Assembly: GCA_016845365.1 (NCBI GenBank) | Contig: JAERST010000024.1 | Location: 160,461-224,460 of the forward strand | Length of the DNA: 64,000 bases | Origin: Methanobacteriota archaeon | GTDB taxonomy: Archaea; Thermoplasmatota; Poseidoniia; Poseidoniales; Thalassarchaeaceae | Reading direction: 5' to 3' | The notes under the pieces: model-generated | Told to the model about the DNA's origin: nothing | Databases searched by the model: none | Seen by the model: only the letters and a program-made list of their open reading frames with translations | Position numbers and translations under genes: made by a program | In this document: positions 20,274 to 30,334 of the stretch, one piece after another | Numbering within the stretch: position 1 is the stretch's first letter | Layout of the letters: every line of letters starts with the position of its first letter

Positions 20274-20783
20274 ATGAAAATCGCCATGATCGTCGCGATG
20301 GACGAGGATGGCTGCATCGGGCGCGGCAATGAATTGCCTTGGCGCTTGGCCAGCGATATGTCTCGATTCAAGCGCCTGACTGAGGCGGATGGATTCAACG
20401 CGGTAATCATGGGAAGGCGGACTTGGGAATCTCTGCCAGATTCGTTTAGGCCGCTTCCTGAGCGCGTCAATATCGTCATGTCTCGCACTACCGATTGGGC
20501 GGGCGAAGGGGCAGAAAACGCACTCTATCCCGGCCGGGCAATCGAAATTGCCTACGCCGATGGTTGCGAAGAGTGTTGGGTCATCGGCGGAGCACAAATT
20601 TACGCGATGTTTCTCGACCGTGTCGAAGAGATTCATGTTACGACGGTTCACACTAGTGGGAGCGGGGATGTACTATTCCCTGAGTGGGACCGCTCGGCTT
20701 GGTCCGAAGAGGTGGTCGAGCGAGTCGGCGTCGATGAGCGGAATGAGTTCGCGACCACCTATTCGATTTGGAGAAGGAATTGA
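20274..20783 (+). CDS. folA: Dihydrofolate reductase
   Basis: IGRGNELPW, VIMGRRTWES, RPLPER.NIV, VIGGAQIY, GDVLFP. Confidence 0.96.
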   Translation: MKIAMIVAMDEDGCIGRGNELPWRLASDMSRFKRLTEADGFNAVIMGRRTWESLPDSFRPLPERVNIVMSRTTDWAGEGAENALYPGRAIEIAYADGCEECWVIGGAQIYAMFLDRVEEIHVTTVHTSGSGDVLFPEWDRSAWSEEVVERVGVDERNEFATTYSIWRRN

Positions 20784-20855
20784 ACTCCTCTGTAGACGCG
20801 GGATTTTGTTCAATGCCGGACTAAACTATATCTCACGAAGTGAATACCAAGACTC

Positions 20856-22259
20856 GTGACCGACGCTGATGTTCCGGTTCAATTCGGCTCGGGTGGAACC
20901 GTCGATTTCACCCCACCGACCGGCCTGAGCATCATCGTCTGGGTAATCGGACTTGGGATGGTTGCTTTCGGCCTCTTCAATGGATTTCTTTCCCTAATCG
21001 AAGAAAACATGGCCACGTTGGGAGTCTCAGGATGCTTTGCAGTACCTGGCTGCCTCCTCGTAATCTGGATGACTCCAACGCGCCTGCAAAAGCAATTTGA
21101 CAAGATTCGGCGCGAAGAAAAACCGCGAGATTTTCTCATTCGCGCCGAAAGCGGCGGGACGACTGGCAGTTTCTGGACTGGAAAGTACTCTACCACCCCC
21201 GCCAAGGATGACCGCGGGTGGATATTCCAAGCACCCGGGCCTGAACACTGGGACAAGGAGGACCGATACTCCGCTGATGAAATGGGGATTCTTCCCGAAC
21301 ATCCGACCGTGGTAGGAACACCAACTCCTGCGGCGATTTCCGCGCTTGGAATCTTTGGCAGCATCATCGCCCTGTATTCTGTTCCGGTGACTATTGTATT
21401 GGTCACCCTAGGCATAGCTATTCCTTATGGCGATGACGGAGAAGCTGTCATCAAAACCCTACTAATCTGTGGACCAGTCATCGGATCCTTCGGATTTTGG
21501 TTGGTTTCATGGAAAACCGGAACTCAAATGCAATTGACCATCGATGTACCAACTTCGAAAGTTCGCTCGATGGCTGCTGGTGAATTGGAATTGGTTGGTC
21601 AGGTGCGGCGATGGGCATCGCCAGCACCTGATGTGCAGGTCGGCGGAGACCCGGCCAGAACGGTTAGCGACCTGCACTCTTGGCACTGGATGTACGAAAT
21701 TTATCTGCGGAGGACGCGGGTAGTCATGACCGACGAAGGACCACGTACGGAGACGGAGTACCGTTGGGAGACAATCCACGATAGGAGGGGAGGTCATCCA
21801 TTCCTCCTTCACGATGGAACCGGAGGCGTTCTTGTCAAACCAGAAACCTTCGAAGAGCAAAATCTCGGCGATTACATGCGCATGTGGGAGGTCGACCACA
21901 ATCAAACGATCATCAACGCGCTCGGGTCGCTAATCACAACGACATTTGGAGGTTGGACCATTCTCAAACACAAGTGGACACTCTGGGGACTTTCTCTGGG
22001 AGACCCTGTCTATTTGTTAGGGAAAGCAACTAATAGGCCGAAAGGAGAGATGGCAGATGAGCACATCACTAGCCGAGCACAACACACTCTGATGCACGTC
22101 ATTGGCGAGAGTGGAGTGAACTTCGATGCGAGGATGGAGCGAGGCAGTGAATTAGGTGTTTTAGGCAGGGTCAGAAGCCAAATTGAGTACAAGCTGATTC
22201 CTGGCATTATCGCTGCTGGAGCTCTTGCTGGCACTTATCTCGCATTCGTCAATTACTGA
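20856..22259 (+). CDS. Membrane protein with GIDE-like domain
   Basis: DVPTSKVRSMAAGELELVGQV and PFLLHDGTGGVLV motifs; located upstream of lemA. Confidence 0.7.
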   Translation: MTDADVPVQFGSGGTVDFTPPTGLSIIVWVIGLGMVAFGLFNGFLSLIEENMATLGVSGCFAVPGCLLVIWMTPTRLQKQFDKIRREEKPRDFLIRAESGGTTGSFWTGKYSTTPAKDDRGWIFQAPGPEHWDKEDRYSADEMGILPEHPTVVGTPTPAAISALGIFGSIIALYSVPVTIVLVTLGIAIPYGDDGEAVIKTLLICGPVIGSFGFWLVSWKTGTQMQLTIDVPTSKVRSMAAGELELVGQVRRWASPAPDVQVGGDPARTVSDLHSWHWMYEIYLRRTRVVMTDEGPRTETEYRWETIHDRRGGHPFLLHDGTGGVLVKPETFEEQNLGDYMRMWEVDHNQTIINALGSLITTTFGGWTILKHKWTLWGLSLGDPVYLLGKATNRPKGEMADEHITSRAQHTLMHVIGESGVNFDARMERGSELGVLGRVRSQIEYKLIPGIIAAGALAGTYLAFVNY

Positions 22260-22339
22260 GGTACGATAGCATGGCACTACTGAATGGCTTGGGCTGCGAC
22301 GGGTCAAGGTTGATTACACACGATAGGAGTTGAGACATC

Positions 22340-22915
22340 ATGGAAGGCACCGTACTCGCAGCCACACTCTGTGGCGGAATAATTGTTCTAGCAATCATTT
22401 TCTGGTTCTTCAGCACGTGGAATAGGCTCGTCCGATTGGAGAAGGATGTAGACCGTGCGTGGTCAAATGTCGACACTGTTCTACAACAGAGATTCGACAT
22501 GATCCCCAATATGGTGAATATTGTCAAGGGATACGCAAGTCACGAGAAGGAGATTTTTGGTGAATTGACGGAGGCGAGGAAAACCTTCGCTGCCGCCTCC
22601 GGTTCAGGTGATGTTAGTGGAGTAATGGCCGCTGACGCTCTACTCGGGCAAGCAATGCCAAAGTTACTCGCGCTGTCTGAAGCATATCCTGACCTCAAGG
22701 CAAATACCAATTTCGTTCAACTGCAAGAGGATTACAAGGAAATTGAGGACCAAGTCACCGACATTCGTCAATTGTACAATAGTTCGGCGACGAACTTCAA
22801 TACGGCGATTGAAATCATTCCAGACAGCATCGTTGCCGGCTTCAAGGGCTGCAAGGAGCGAACTCTCTACGAGGCAGATCACAAAGCCCGTGGCTCGGTT
22901 GAAATCAACTTCTGA
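22340..22915 (+). CDS. lemA: LemA family protein
   Basis: N-terminal TM, AWSNVD..LQQRFDMIPN, EAYPDLKA..NF, R..YN. Confidence 0.93.
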   Translation: MEGTVLAATLCGGIIVLAIIFWFFSTWNRLVRLEKDVDRAWSNVDTVLQQRFDMIPNMVNIVKGYASHEKEIFGELTEARKTFAAASGSGDVSGVMAADALLGQAMPKLLALSEAYPDLKANTNFVQLQEDYKEIEDQVTDIRQLYNSSATNFNTAIEIIPDSIVAGFKGCKERTLYEADHKARGSVEINF

Positions 22916-22924
22916 GACTGAGAA

Positions 22925-23317
22925 TTATTCCTCGCCGGTATATTCGGTTACGCGAATACCCAAGTTGCCGCGGCGCGCTTTGCGCTGCATGATTCGGTCG
23001 ACCTTCTTGTGAAACTCTGCCTCGAGGTCGACCTCCATTGCTAGTGAATGGCCGAGAATGAGTATGAGCAAATCTGCCAATTCCTCAGCCGCCTCTTCCT
23101 TTGGCTTTCCCTTGGTGATGGCGGCTGCAAATTCGCCTAATTCCTCGATGGTCAATGCGACGCGGTAGCCCATATCGTGACCATTGTTCTCGGCGTTTGC
23201 GAAGTCGTGTTTGTGATGGAAGGCAGCGACTCGCGACATCATCGTTGTCCATGCTCCATCGGGCTGATTCACAGCCTCGATTTCCATCCAATCATCTACT
23301 GAAACTGGCCTCGCCAT
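22925..23317 (-). CDS. MazG-like nucleotide pyrophosphohydrolase
   Basis: EELGE...EELADL motif. Confidence 0.85.
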   Translation of the reverse strand: MARPVSVDDWMEIEAVNQPDGAWTTMMSRVAAFHHKHDFANAENNGHDMGYRVALTIEELGEFAAAITKGKPKEEAAEELADLLILILGHSLAMEVDLEAEFHKKVDRIMQRKARRGNLGIRVTEYTGEE

Positions 23318-23363
23318 GCCTCACTGGCCGGCACGGCGGGCCATCAACGAATCGCTACCCTAC

Positions 23364-23666
23364 TCAGTATCTACCGGGAGGAGGGCCGCGATGGTTACTC
23401 TCTCCTTCGGGGAGAATATTGACCAGCCCGCTAACTCCTGTCAGAACAAAGGCGAAAACAGTCAATCCGAAAATACTCATCCTTCGAGACGACTCATCCT
23501 TCAATTCGTCACAATATTCCCAATCGATGTCCAATTTTCGCATTGGATTGCACTCAGCCTCGTGCTCAAGTCGGACCTCATCCCACCATTCTAAGGTCAT
23601 CATCATAGTTGGTAGAAGGAGCAAAGAGATCAGCACTAGGATGGAGCCAATCCTCGCATTATCCAT
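23364..23666 (-). CDS. Small 2-TM hypothetical protein
   Basis: Two hydrophobic segments flank a Cys-pair loop; co-oriented between mtaP and the MazG-like gene. Confidence 0.6.
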   Translation of the reverse strand: MDNARIGSILVLISLLLLPTMMMTLEWWDEVRLEHEAECNPMRKLDIDWEYCDELKDESSRRMSIFGLTVFAFVLTGVSGLVNILPEGESNHRGPPPGRY

Positions 23667-23675
23667 GCCACGGCC

Positions 23676-24473
23676 TCACAGGTTTTCGAGTAGGGCTGAA
23701 ATGCACATTTGCACATTTGCTCGAAGCGTTGCTGCCATCGCGTCGACAGCGTGATGGTCGATTTTCGCGTTGGGGTCACCCGGAGTTCTGCCCGCAGCCC
23801 AATTGGACGAACATGAGAGGGCTGCGTGAGGGATTCCAGTCTCGGCGACGAGGCGGCTTTCTGGGCCGAGTGTCATTCCTACTACGTCGGCGCCGAGCCT
23901 GACCAGTGCGTCGATTTCAGCCGGAGATTCGAACTGAGGACCGACGCACTGTGCTACGACCAATCCACTGACGGCTTCGCTCTGCGAAGCAGAAAGGGAT
24001 TCCACGCAGATTCGACTCGCAGATTCGTCGAAAATCGTCGTGCGGTCCGCGTGCGTTGCATCCTCGTCAAAAAATGTCCAAGGGCGAATCGCGAGGTCTA
24101 GAACATCGCCCGCCACGCCGATGCTTCCAGGCGATAGGTCTTCGCGCATCGTCCCGACCGAATTGATGCTGAGAATCAAGTCCGGACCTACCGCCGCAGC
24201 AGCGTGAACATTTGCTCGATGCTCGATCTCATGAGGAGGGGTTCGAGCACGCCCCGGCGAGTGATGTCTATCGATGAACAAGACCTCGCCTGAACCTGTA
24301 TCGACTAGGGTCGCAGGGACCTCGCCCCACTGAGAGTCAATCCGGATTTCAGTAGCATCTGCTGAATTTTGAGCCATCTCGCTGGCGAGGGCGCTCATTC
24401 CAGTGCCACAGAGGACTGCTATCCTTGCCACGTGCGCCACCTCGGGTATCGGTTGATGGGCTTGACGGCCCAC
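23676..24473 (-). CDS. mtaP: MTAP-family purine nucleoside phosphorylase
   Basis: GTG, RH...PPH.I..RAN, GPQFESPAE, GADVVGMT, NWAAG. Confidence 0.85.
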   Translation of the reverse strand: MGRQAHQPIPEVAHVARIAVLCGTGMSALASEMAQNSADATEIRIDSQWGEVPATLVDTGSGEVLFIDRHHSPGRARTPPHEIEHRANVHAAAAVGPDLILSINSVGTMREDLSPGSIGVAGDVLDLAIRPWTFFDEDATHADRTTIFDESASRICVESLSASQSEAVSGLVVAQCVGPQFESPAEIDALVRLGADVVGMTLGPESRLVAETGIPHAALSCSSNWAAGRTPGDPNAKIDHHAVDAMAATLRANVQMCISALLENL

Positions 24474-24480
24474 TGGAACC

Positions 24481-25431
24481 TCACTCTTGCAGGCGTGCGA
24501 TTAGGTCTGCCTTCTTTCCAGAGACCGGCTTTCCGGCTTCTTTCAGGAGTTCTTTCAGCTCTGCAACTGTCATCGAATCGTAATCGGCGGATGCCTCTTC
24601 GGATGATTCCTCTGCTGCTTCGGCTGCTTCCTCGGCAACTTCTGCTGCCTCTTCGGGTCCTGCTTCCTCGCCGGATTCCTCTTCGCTGGATTCGTCAGCC
24701 TCGTCTAGCTCAGAAAGGTCAGCGCTGGCTTCGGCTGCTGCCAAAACATCGACTTCGACTGCAGCTGCAGCAGCCGCCGCCTTCTCTTCCTCGTGAATCT
24801 CATCGAGGGTTGGACCGTCTTCGACTACGACTCCGCTCTGAATCAATTGACTTCGGCGGATCATCACAGTGCGGACTGGACTGATGGTCGAGACCGCGTC
24901 CTTGACGGCCGCTTCCATGGTTCCGTCTAGAACTGCCTTCTGGAGTTGAATCCAAGTGGAAGTGGCTCCCATTGTGAGAATTGCATCGCGCGCGCGAGAG
25001 CGCATCTCGGACTTCTGGCTCGACTTAACGCGCGAGCGTGAAATCAATAGTGGCTTGAAGCGAACGAAGTATCCGTCTTCGGTGACAACGTCAACCGTGT
25101 CGTCGACCTTGCCACGGTGTCGGCGAATTTGTCGGCGAATGTGGTCCTTTAGGACATCGTGGCCGACGAACTCGGTGAGTGCGTCGCCGCCGACGGCTTC
25201 GGTGATTCGGAAGATGACCTTGACGTGCATCTTCGAAAAGTCGCCGTCGAGTTCATTCTGCATGACTTCGAAATTGCGACCAACAAGTTGCTCGGTATCT
25301 TCTGCGAGGGTCTCGCCGATGACTCGGAATGACCATGGATTACGAGGTGCTCGAATAGTGAACCAGCGCTTTGCCTTCCACTTGTCTCTCTGCTTGCGTG
25401 CCGCTGCCCTTGCCTTTGCGCCTTTTGCCAT
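24481..25431 (-). CDS. rps3ae: 30S ribosomal protein S3Ae (eS1) with acidic linker and C-terminal SAP-like domain
   Basis: DKWKAKRWFTIRAP, IGET, GR.FEV...L.GD. Tail is YDSMTVAELKELLKEAGKPVSGKKADLIARL. Start at ATG 25431. Confidence 0.93.
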   Translation of the reverse strand: MAKGAKARAAARKQRDKWKAKRWFTIRAPRNPWSFRVIGETLAEDTEQLVGRNFEVMQNELDGDFSKMHVKVIFRITEAVGGDALTEFVGHDVLKDHIRRQIRRHRGKVDDTVDVVTEDGYFVRFKPLLISRSRVKSSQKSEMRSRARDAILTMGATSTWIQLQKAVLDGTMEAAVKDAVSTISPVRTVMIRRSQLIQSGVVVEDGPTLDEIHEEEKAAAAAAAVEVDVLAAAEASADLSELDEADESSEEESGEEAGPEEAAEVAEEAAEAAEESSEEASADYDSMTVAELKELLKEAGKPVSGKKADLIARLQE

Positions 25432-25571
25432 GAGAGACACCTCGTATCGGGGGCTACCCCGTATGCGAGCCGTGCGACCTACCCCCAGTATATGAATGAA
25501 AGCCTCGGAACCGCCACCGTTCACAGCCGCGCAGCGTCGCCTTCAAGGGCCGTTGCCCCATGCAATCGGAT

Positions 25572-26009
25572 ATGAGTCTGCACAGCGCATCTTGGAGTGT
25601 GCATTGCAGCGCTGTGGATGACATCTCTTTGATTGAGGAATCATTACTCTGGCTTGCGGGTGAAGAAGCCGAATTCAGCCGTGAGCGTACGAAATCTCAT
25701 CACGGCGCTCCTCAACTCACACTTTCTGCGAGCATTACACGCAAGAAAGCCGCAAAGCAAGCCTTCGCTCGATTGGGTGACGAATCCCTTGCTGCCCTCC
25801 AGAAAAACGGAATCGAGAGCCTTATCGACGATGATAAGACTCTGCACTTGCGGCTCGACATCGATGATTTAGTGCGTGGAAAAATCAGTTTGGCGACCGG
25901 TCCTTCGCGGAAATTCGGGGTGAAAGGGCGATTCAAAATCGAAGTATACCCTGGTCAAGAACCGGTCGAAATCGTCAATCAGTTGATTGCGGACGCTTCT
26001 TCGCAGTGA
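25572..26009 (+). CDS. Archaeal RNA-binding domain protein (DUF54-like)
   Basis: SHHGAP, TLHLRLD, KIEVYPG pattern. Confidence 0.7.
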   Translation: MSLHSASWSVHCSAVDDISLIEESLLWLAGEEAEFSRERTKSHHGAPQLTLSASITRKKAAKQAFARLGDESLAALQKNGIESLIDDDKTLHLRLDIDDLVRGKISLATGPSRKFGVKGRFKIEVYPGQEPVEIVNQLIADASSQ

Positions 26010-26046
26010 TTTTGCAACAATCGGCCGAATCCCCCTGTGCGGGGTA

Positions 26047-26084
26047 CGATTGCCGAATACGCCGCCCGCGATTGCCGAATACGC
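26047..26084. repeat. Two 16-bp direct repeats with 22-bp period, upstream of ferredoxin
   Basis: cgattgccgaatacgc at 26047-26062 and 26069-26084. Confidence 0.75.
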
Positions 26085-26190
26085 ATCGAATAACGGTGCA
26101 ATAATCCGGTGCGCTAATCCGCCACCGAAGCCAACCCAATTGTGCGAGCCTTGATATGGGCGCGATAGAACCGGGACGTTGAGGGATAAC

Positions 26191-26466
26191 ATGACCCACG
26201 TTGTCACCAGTGCATGCGTCGACCACAAGTACCAGGATTGTGTAGCGGTTTGCCCAGTTGAGGCATTCAAGGAAGCGGACACCTACCTAGTGATTGACCC
26301 CGATGAGTGCATCGACTGCGCTGCTTGCGTTGCTGAGTGCCCAGTCGGCGCTATCTTCGCTGATACCGATGTGCCTGACGAAGAGATGGAATGGATCGAG
26401 CGCAACGAGAATGAGTCCCTCGAGCTTGAGATTGCAACGGGTGATTCACCCGTTCTCGCAGATTGA
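26191..26466 (+). CDS. fdxA: Ferredoxin (FdxA-like dicluster)
   Basis: MTHVVTSAC..KYQDCVAVCPV and IDPDECIDCAACVAECPV. Confidence 0.9.
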   Translation: MTHVVTSACVDHKYQDCVAVCPVEAFKEADTYLVIDPDECIDCAACVAECPVGAIFADTDVPDEEMEWIERNENESLELEIATGDSPVLAD

Positions 26467-26531
26467 ATCTGATTCAATCCTCCAAGCCTACTCAGACATA
26501 GATTGATGAGTGAATGCCGTGAGGCTTTGCT

Positions 26532-27521
26532 ATGTCTCAGCGCGTGGACCTGAACCAGATGCGTCATGGCACCGAATTGCTCAAGCGCGGCTTCGCCAAG
26601 ATGCAAGAGGGCGGCGTCATCATGGATGTCGTTACCGCCGCTGAGGCGCATATCGCTGAGGATGCTGGCGCGACATCTGTGATGGCACTCGAGCGAGTTC
26701 CCGCAGACATCCGCTCGAGTGGCGGCGTGGCTCGAATGAGCCACCCCGATTTGATCAAGGAAATTATTGAGACGACTTCGATTCCTGTAATGGCCAAGGC
26801 CAGAATCGGCCATAATGAGGAAGCTCGAGTTTTGGAATCTCTTGGCGTTGATATGATCGATGAATCTGAGGTATTGACTCCTGCCGACCCATTTTTTCAC
26901 ATAGCGAAGAATGACTTCACAGTTCCATTTGTTTGTGGCTGCGTCAGCCTAGGTGAAGCGGTTCGTCGCGTCGCTGAAGGTGCTGCAATGATGCGCACGA
27001 AGGGTGAGGCTGGAACTGGAAATGTGGTCAGTGCCGTGCAACACGCCCGCTTGGTGGCGAATGAGATCGCTCACGCACAAAGTAGTGGACCGGACGGGCG
27101 TGAGAAGATGGTCGACGTGATCATGGATGGATTCCATCGAATCGAGAAGGTTTCATCCTTCGAGATATCTCCTGACTCGACCCCATTCGGCAGCTTGGAC
27201 GACCTACGCGCTGAAGTCGCTGCCGTCCTCGACGATGTAGCTCGCCTCGGGCGACTACCCGTCGTAACATTCTCTGCCGGGGGAATCTCGACTCCGGCCG
27301 ATGCCGCCTTGATGATGAAGCACGGCATGGACGGAATTTTCGTCGGGTCTGGAATCTTCAAGAGTTCAGACCCCGTTCAGACCGCTGAGGCAATCGTTCT
27401 CGCAACACATCATTTCCAAGACCCAGCGGTCGTTGCCGAGGCCAGCGCTATGATTGGTGAACCAATGCCTGGCCTCGAAATTGAGACGCTCGAAGTCCGC
27501 CTCGAAGAGCGCGGTTGGTGA
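26532..27521 (+). CDS. pdxS: Pyridoxal 5'-phosphate synthase lyase subunit
   Basis: [54 protein letters not shown]. Confidence 0.96.
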   Translation: MSQRVDLNQMRHGTELLKRGFAKMQEGGVIMDVVTAAEAHIAEDAGATSVMALERVPADIRSSGGVARMSHPDLIKEIIETTSIPVMAKARIGHNEEARVLESLGVDMIDESEVLTPADPFFHIAKNDFTVPFVCGCVSLGEAVRRVAEGAAMMRTKGEAGTGNVVSAVQHARLVANEIAHAQSSGPDGREKMVDVIMDGFHRIEKVSSFEISPDSTPFGSLDDLRAEVAAVLDDVARLGRLPVVTFSAGGISTPADAALMMKHGMDGIFVGSGIFKSSDPVQTAEAIVLATHHFQDPAVVAEASAMIGEPMPGLEIETLEVRLEERGW

Positions 27522-27591
27522 ACTCAGCCTCGTAGAGCGCAATTGGCGAACGAATTCTCTCGCTTACGCGCGCGAAGTAGAATAAATCGAA

Positions 27592-28575
27592 TCAAACTCG
27601 GCCACGGGTTGTTCCAAGTCGGCGGCGCTTGCCCTTCTGTTGCCTGCGACTCTGGCCGGCACTCTCTTCGGAACCTGTGCCGCCTAGCGTCAATGAACCG
27701 CTCTTGAGCAGAGTCTCTTCGAGGGAGCCAGCCAATTCTTCATTCTCAGAAGCAGGCCTCAGAGCCTCTCGGACAGATTCGTTATGGTCGCGGATAGTTC
27801 GCTCGCGCTCCTCGCGAGCGGCCTTAAGAGAATCTCGAATCTCATTCACTTGGTCGAGAAGCCCCTTCATCTCCGTGTGGACTTCATCAGCAGATTTGCG
27901 GGCTTCGATGAATGCGTTGTGAAGTCTATCGCCCTCGGCACGAAGGAAATCTCGTTCCTCGAACATCGGTTTGATTTCTTCCCAAACCTCGTCGGCCTCT
28001 TTGTGGCAGTCAATCATGGCTTGATGTTCGCTGTCAGCCTCGGCTTTCAATCGAGTAATGGATTCGTCCATATCGCCCAAATCGATGGTGATCATCTGGT
28101 GTTCTTTGACTGCTGGAAGCAATTCGTTGCGCTTTCCGATGAGTTTTTTGAGTTCTTTGAGAAGCTTGTTTTCGTCCTCGAGTTTGAGTCTTCCGTCGGT
28201 CTCGAGTCTTCGCTCGATTCGCTCGATCTGTTCCTCGGTTTCGGACAATTCGATGACTACTGACTTTGCTCCTCGCTCGTCATCCCTGCGTCCGCGCTTT
28301 TTGGCGATGAGTTCGCGGATATGAGATTGGATTTCGTCTCGACGAGCCTTGTGGACTCGAGCGCGGTCGCGGATTTCCTTCTGGCGCTCTTTTGCCTCGT
28401 CGATCGATTCGCGCAGGCCTTTGGCTTGGTCCTGGACCGCGTTGCGCGAATCGGCAGCCCTACGAGCATTCTCATTGTGGCCGTTTCGCTGCTCGCGCAT
28501 GCGTCGCAGCTTGGTCTCCATCGCATGCAGACGACTCCTCAAGTCGTCGTCTGGATTGGTGAGCTCTTCGGACAC
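27592..28575 (-). CDS. Long archaeal coiled-coil protein (COG1340-like)
   Basis: Continuous charged heptads, ADxxH repeats, basic tail KGKRRRLGTTRG. Confidence 0.8.
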   Translation of the reverse strand: MSEELTNPDDDLRSRLHAMETKLRRMREQRNGHNENARRAADSRNAVQDQAKGLRESIDEAKERQKEIRDRARVHKARRDEIQSHIRELIAKKRGRRDDERGAKSVVIELSETEEQIERIERRLETDGRLKLEDENKLLKELKKLIGKRNELLPAVKEHQMITIDLGDMDESITRLKAEADSEHQAMIDCHKEADEVWEEIKPMFEERDFLRAEGDRLHNAFIEARKSADEVHTEMKGLLDQVNEIRDSLKAAREERERTIRDHNESVREALRPASENEELAGSLEETLLKSGSLTLGGTGSEESAGQSRRQQKGKRRRLGTTRGRV

Positions 28576-28684
28576 GGCCGGGCGACGAAGGTATCATTCT
28601 TGAATGGACCTGCTGATTACTCACCAATTTTGCTTGCTGATTCCTTAGCGATTTAGGCAGCCACCGTTTTCGTCCGCTGATTTC

Positions 28685-30334
28685 TCACAATCCTAAGACG
28701 GAACCGACGAATGGTAAAATCGGCGATAGAATGGCAATTATCGCTCCGACGATGAAGGCTGCGCCGGTTGTCATTCTTAATCGCGTGAATAGGTCGGCGC
28801 GAATCTGTACGGTTAGGACTCGTCCAGAAATCAGGTTTCCATCCGGGTCTTCGAGGCGAATTGTCACAGTCGATTCGCCTGTGCCAGCGGGCAATAGGCT
28901 CTGCCAAATGATTCGGGTCGATGCGAGCAGATTAGGGAGTGTTTGAGTCAATGAAGGCTGCTCGAGACCATCGAATGCAATTGCTTGGTGTGGTTCAACA
29001 CGCAATTTATACTCGCATTCGTTTGGTCGAAAATCTGGGGTTTGAACGCGCAGAATCAAGTCCTGAGCTTCTTCGGTCTGGTTCAGAATGAAAGCGAATA
29101 GGTTCGCCGGTCCGACGACGAGATTTTCCATATCAACATCGAACCAGACCGTACCACTGCGCCCCGTTTGATGGCGCATGTTGAGTCTATCGTGTAGGCG
29201 GAAAAACGGGGTGCAATCAGTCATCGCCCGCGAAAGCAATCTATCCCAGGTCTCCTCTCCTAATTCGGGATGGTCGAATAATCGGTCGATGGCGTCAGAG
29301 TCAATCATCGACGAAAGAGCGGTGCGGAATTGCTGCTCGTCGATTAGCGAGTTGCGTCGCAGATGCAGCAAGTGCAGGAGTGTCTCCTGCATCTGCGTCC
29401 GAGAATGACCTTCTTTCACCTCTGCTTCGACCGTTCGCAAATACTCAGAAATCCGCACCGCCAGCAGAGGGTCAATGTGCGCCTTAATCACATCAGAAAA
29501 CGGTCGGCGCAACAATGCCGGATGAATCGGTGGGGAGAAGGCATTCAGCATCCCCCACGGTTCATTGGCATTGAACCGGGCCTGGTTAGAGACCAGAAAT
29601 GTCCCATGCCCGGCAAGTAAAGTCCCCGTCGACAGCGCAACCAACCTAGGAGACAGGTCTCCATCCGGCGCCAAGCGCAAGGCGACGGAAAGGAAGATGA
29701 CGGCGAGAACGAGAAACGTCAGCGTCGCCGTCAATTGTCGGCGGGACCCATTAATCGTCGCTCGCATCTCAGCATATCCATGCGAGCTCTTGAACGTCAG
29801 TCCCGCCGTCGTCAACGATTCAGCCTCATGCCTGAAAATAGTGCGTGTAACGGTCAGCAGACGGAACAGGAGGAGAAGCAAGGCGATGTCCGCAACGAGT
29901 ATGAAAAGAGACAGAAAATGAATCCCCAAATGCATCTCAACAGGCGCGACGTCCTGCATATGCAGCAACCACCATTCCGGCGTCGAGTTGCGATAAGACT
30001 GAGCCAATCCGAAGTTCACAATCACGATCAAAGGCAAAAATAGCACGAAGCGAGCCCCGCCGCTAATCAGCAATCGATCGATGCGCAGCAGCGTCCTTTC
30101 CTGCATCCGAAGGCCGTCTATTGGATCACTCGGTTTTGCTCTGGAGGCGGGTTTGGCTGCGTTCGATTCACCCGAGCGAATTATTTTCTCAATGGAAGAA
30201 TCGAGGGTCGAGTCGAGAGGAGCATCATTCAGCACCTCCTCTGCTAGGGCGGAAAGTGCCTCATCGAGAGTCGATGGATCTTCATCGAAAGACGATTGAT
30301 GCGCGTCCTGCGAATTTGAATCTTCATTCAACAT
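28685..30334 (-). CDS. Multi-pass membrane protein, function unknown
   Basis: About 4 N-terminal TMs, a large soluble domain and a C-terminal TM. ATG 30334 overlaps the stop of the regulator gene. Confidence 0.7.
   Translation of the reverse strand: MLNEDSNSQDAHQSSFDEDPSTLDEALSALAEEVLNDAPLDSTLDSSIEKIIRSGESNAAKPASRAKPSDPIDGLRMQERTLLRIDRLLISGGARFVLFLPLIVIVNFGLAQSYRNSTPEWWLLHMQDVAPVEMHLGIHFLSLFILVADIALLLLLFRLLTVTRTIFRHEAESLTTAGLTFKSSHGYAEMRATINGSRRQLTATLTFLVLAVIFLSVALRLAPDGDLSPRLVALSTGTLLAGHGTFLVSNQARFNANEPWGMLNAFSPPIHPALLRRPFSDVIKAHIDPLLAVRISEYLRTVEAEVKEGHSRTQMQETLLHLLHLRRNSLIDEQQFRTALSSMIDSDAIDRLFDHPELGEETWDRLLSRAMTDCTPFFRLHDRLNMRHQTGRSGTVWFDVDMENLVVGPANLFAFILNQTEEAQDLILRVQTPDFRPNECEYKLRVEPHQAIAFDGLEQPSLTQTLPNLLASTRIIWQSLLPAGTGESTVTIRLEDPDGNLISGRVLTVQIRADLFTRLRMTTGAAFIVGAIIAILSPILPFVGSVLGL

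Noticed and set aside
26047..26084. Direct repeats as a mini-CRISPR
   Set aside because: Only two 16-bp copies with a 6-bp gap, and no cas genes.
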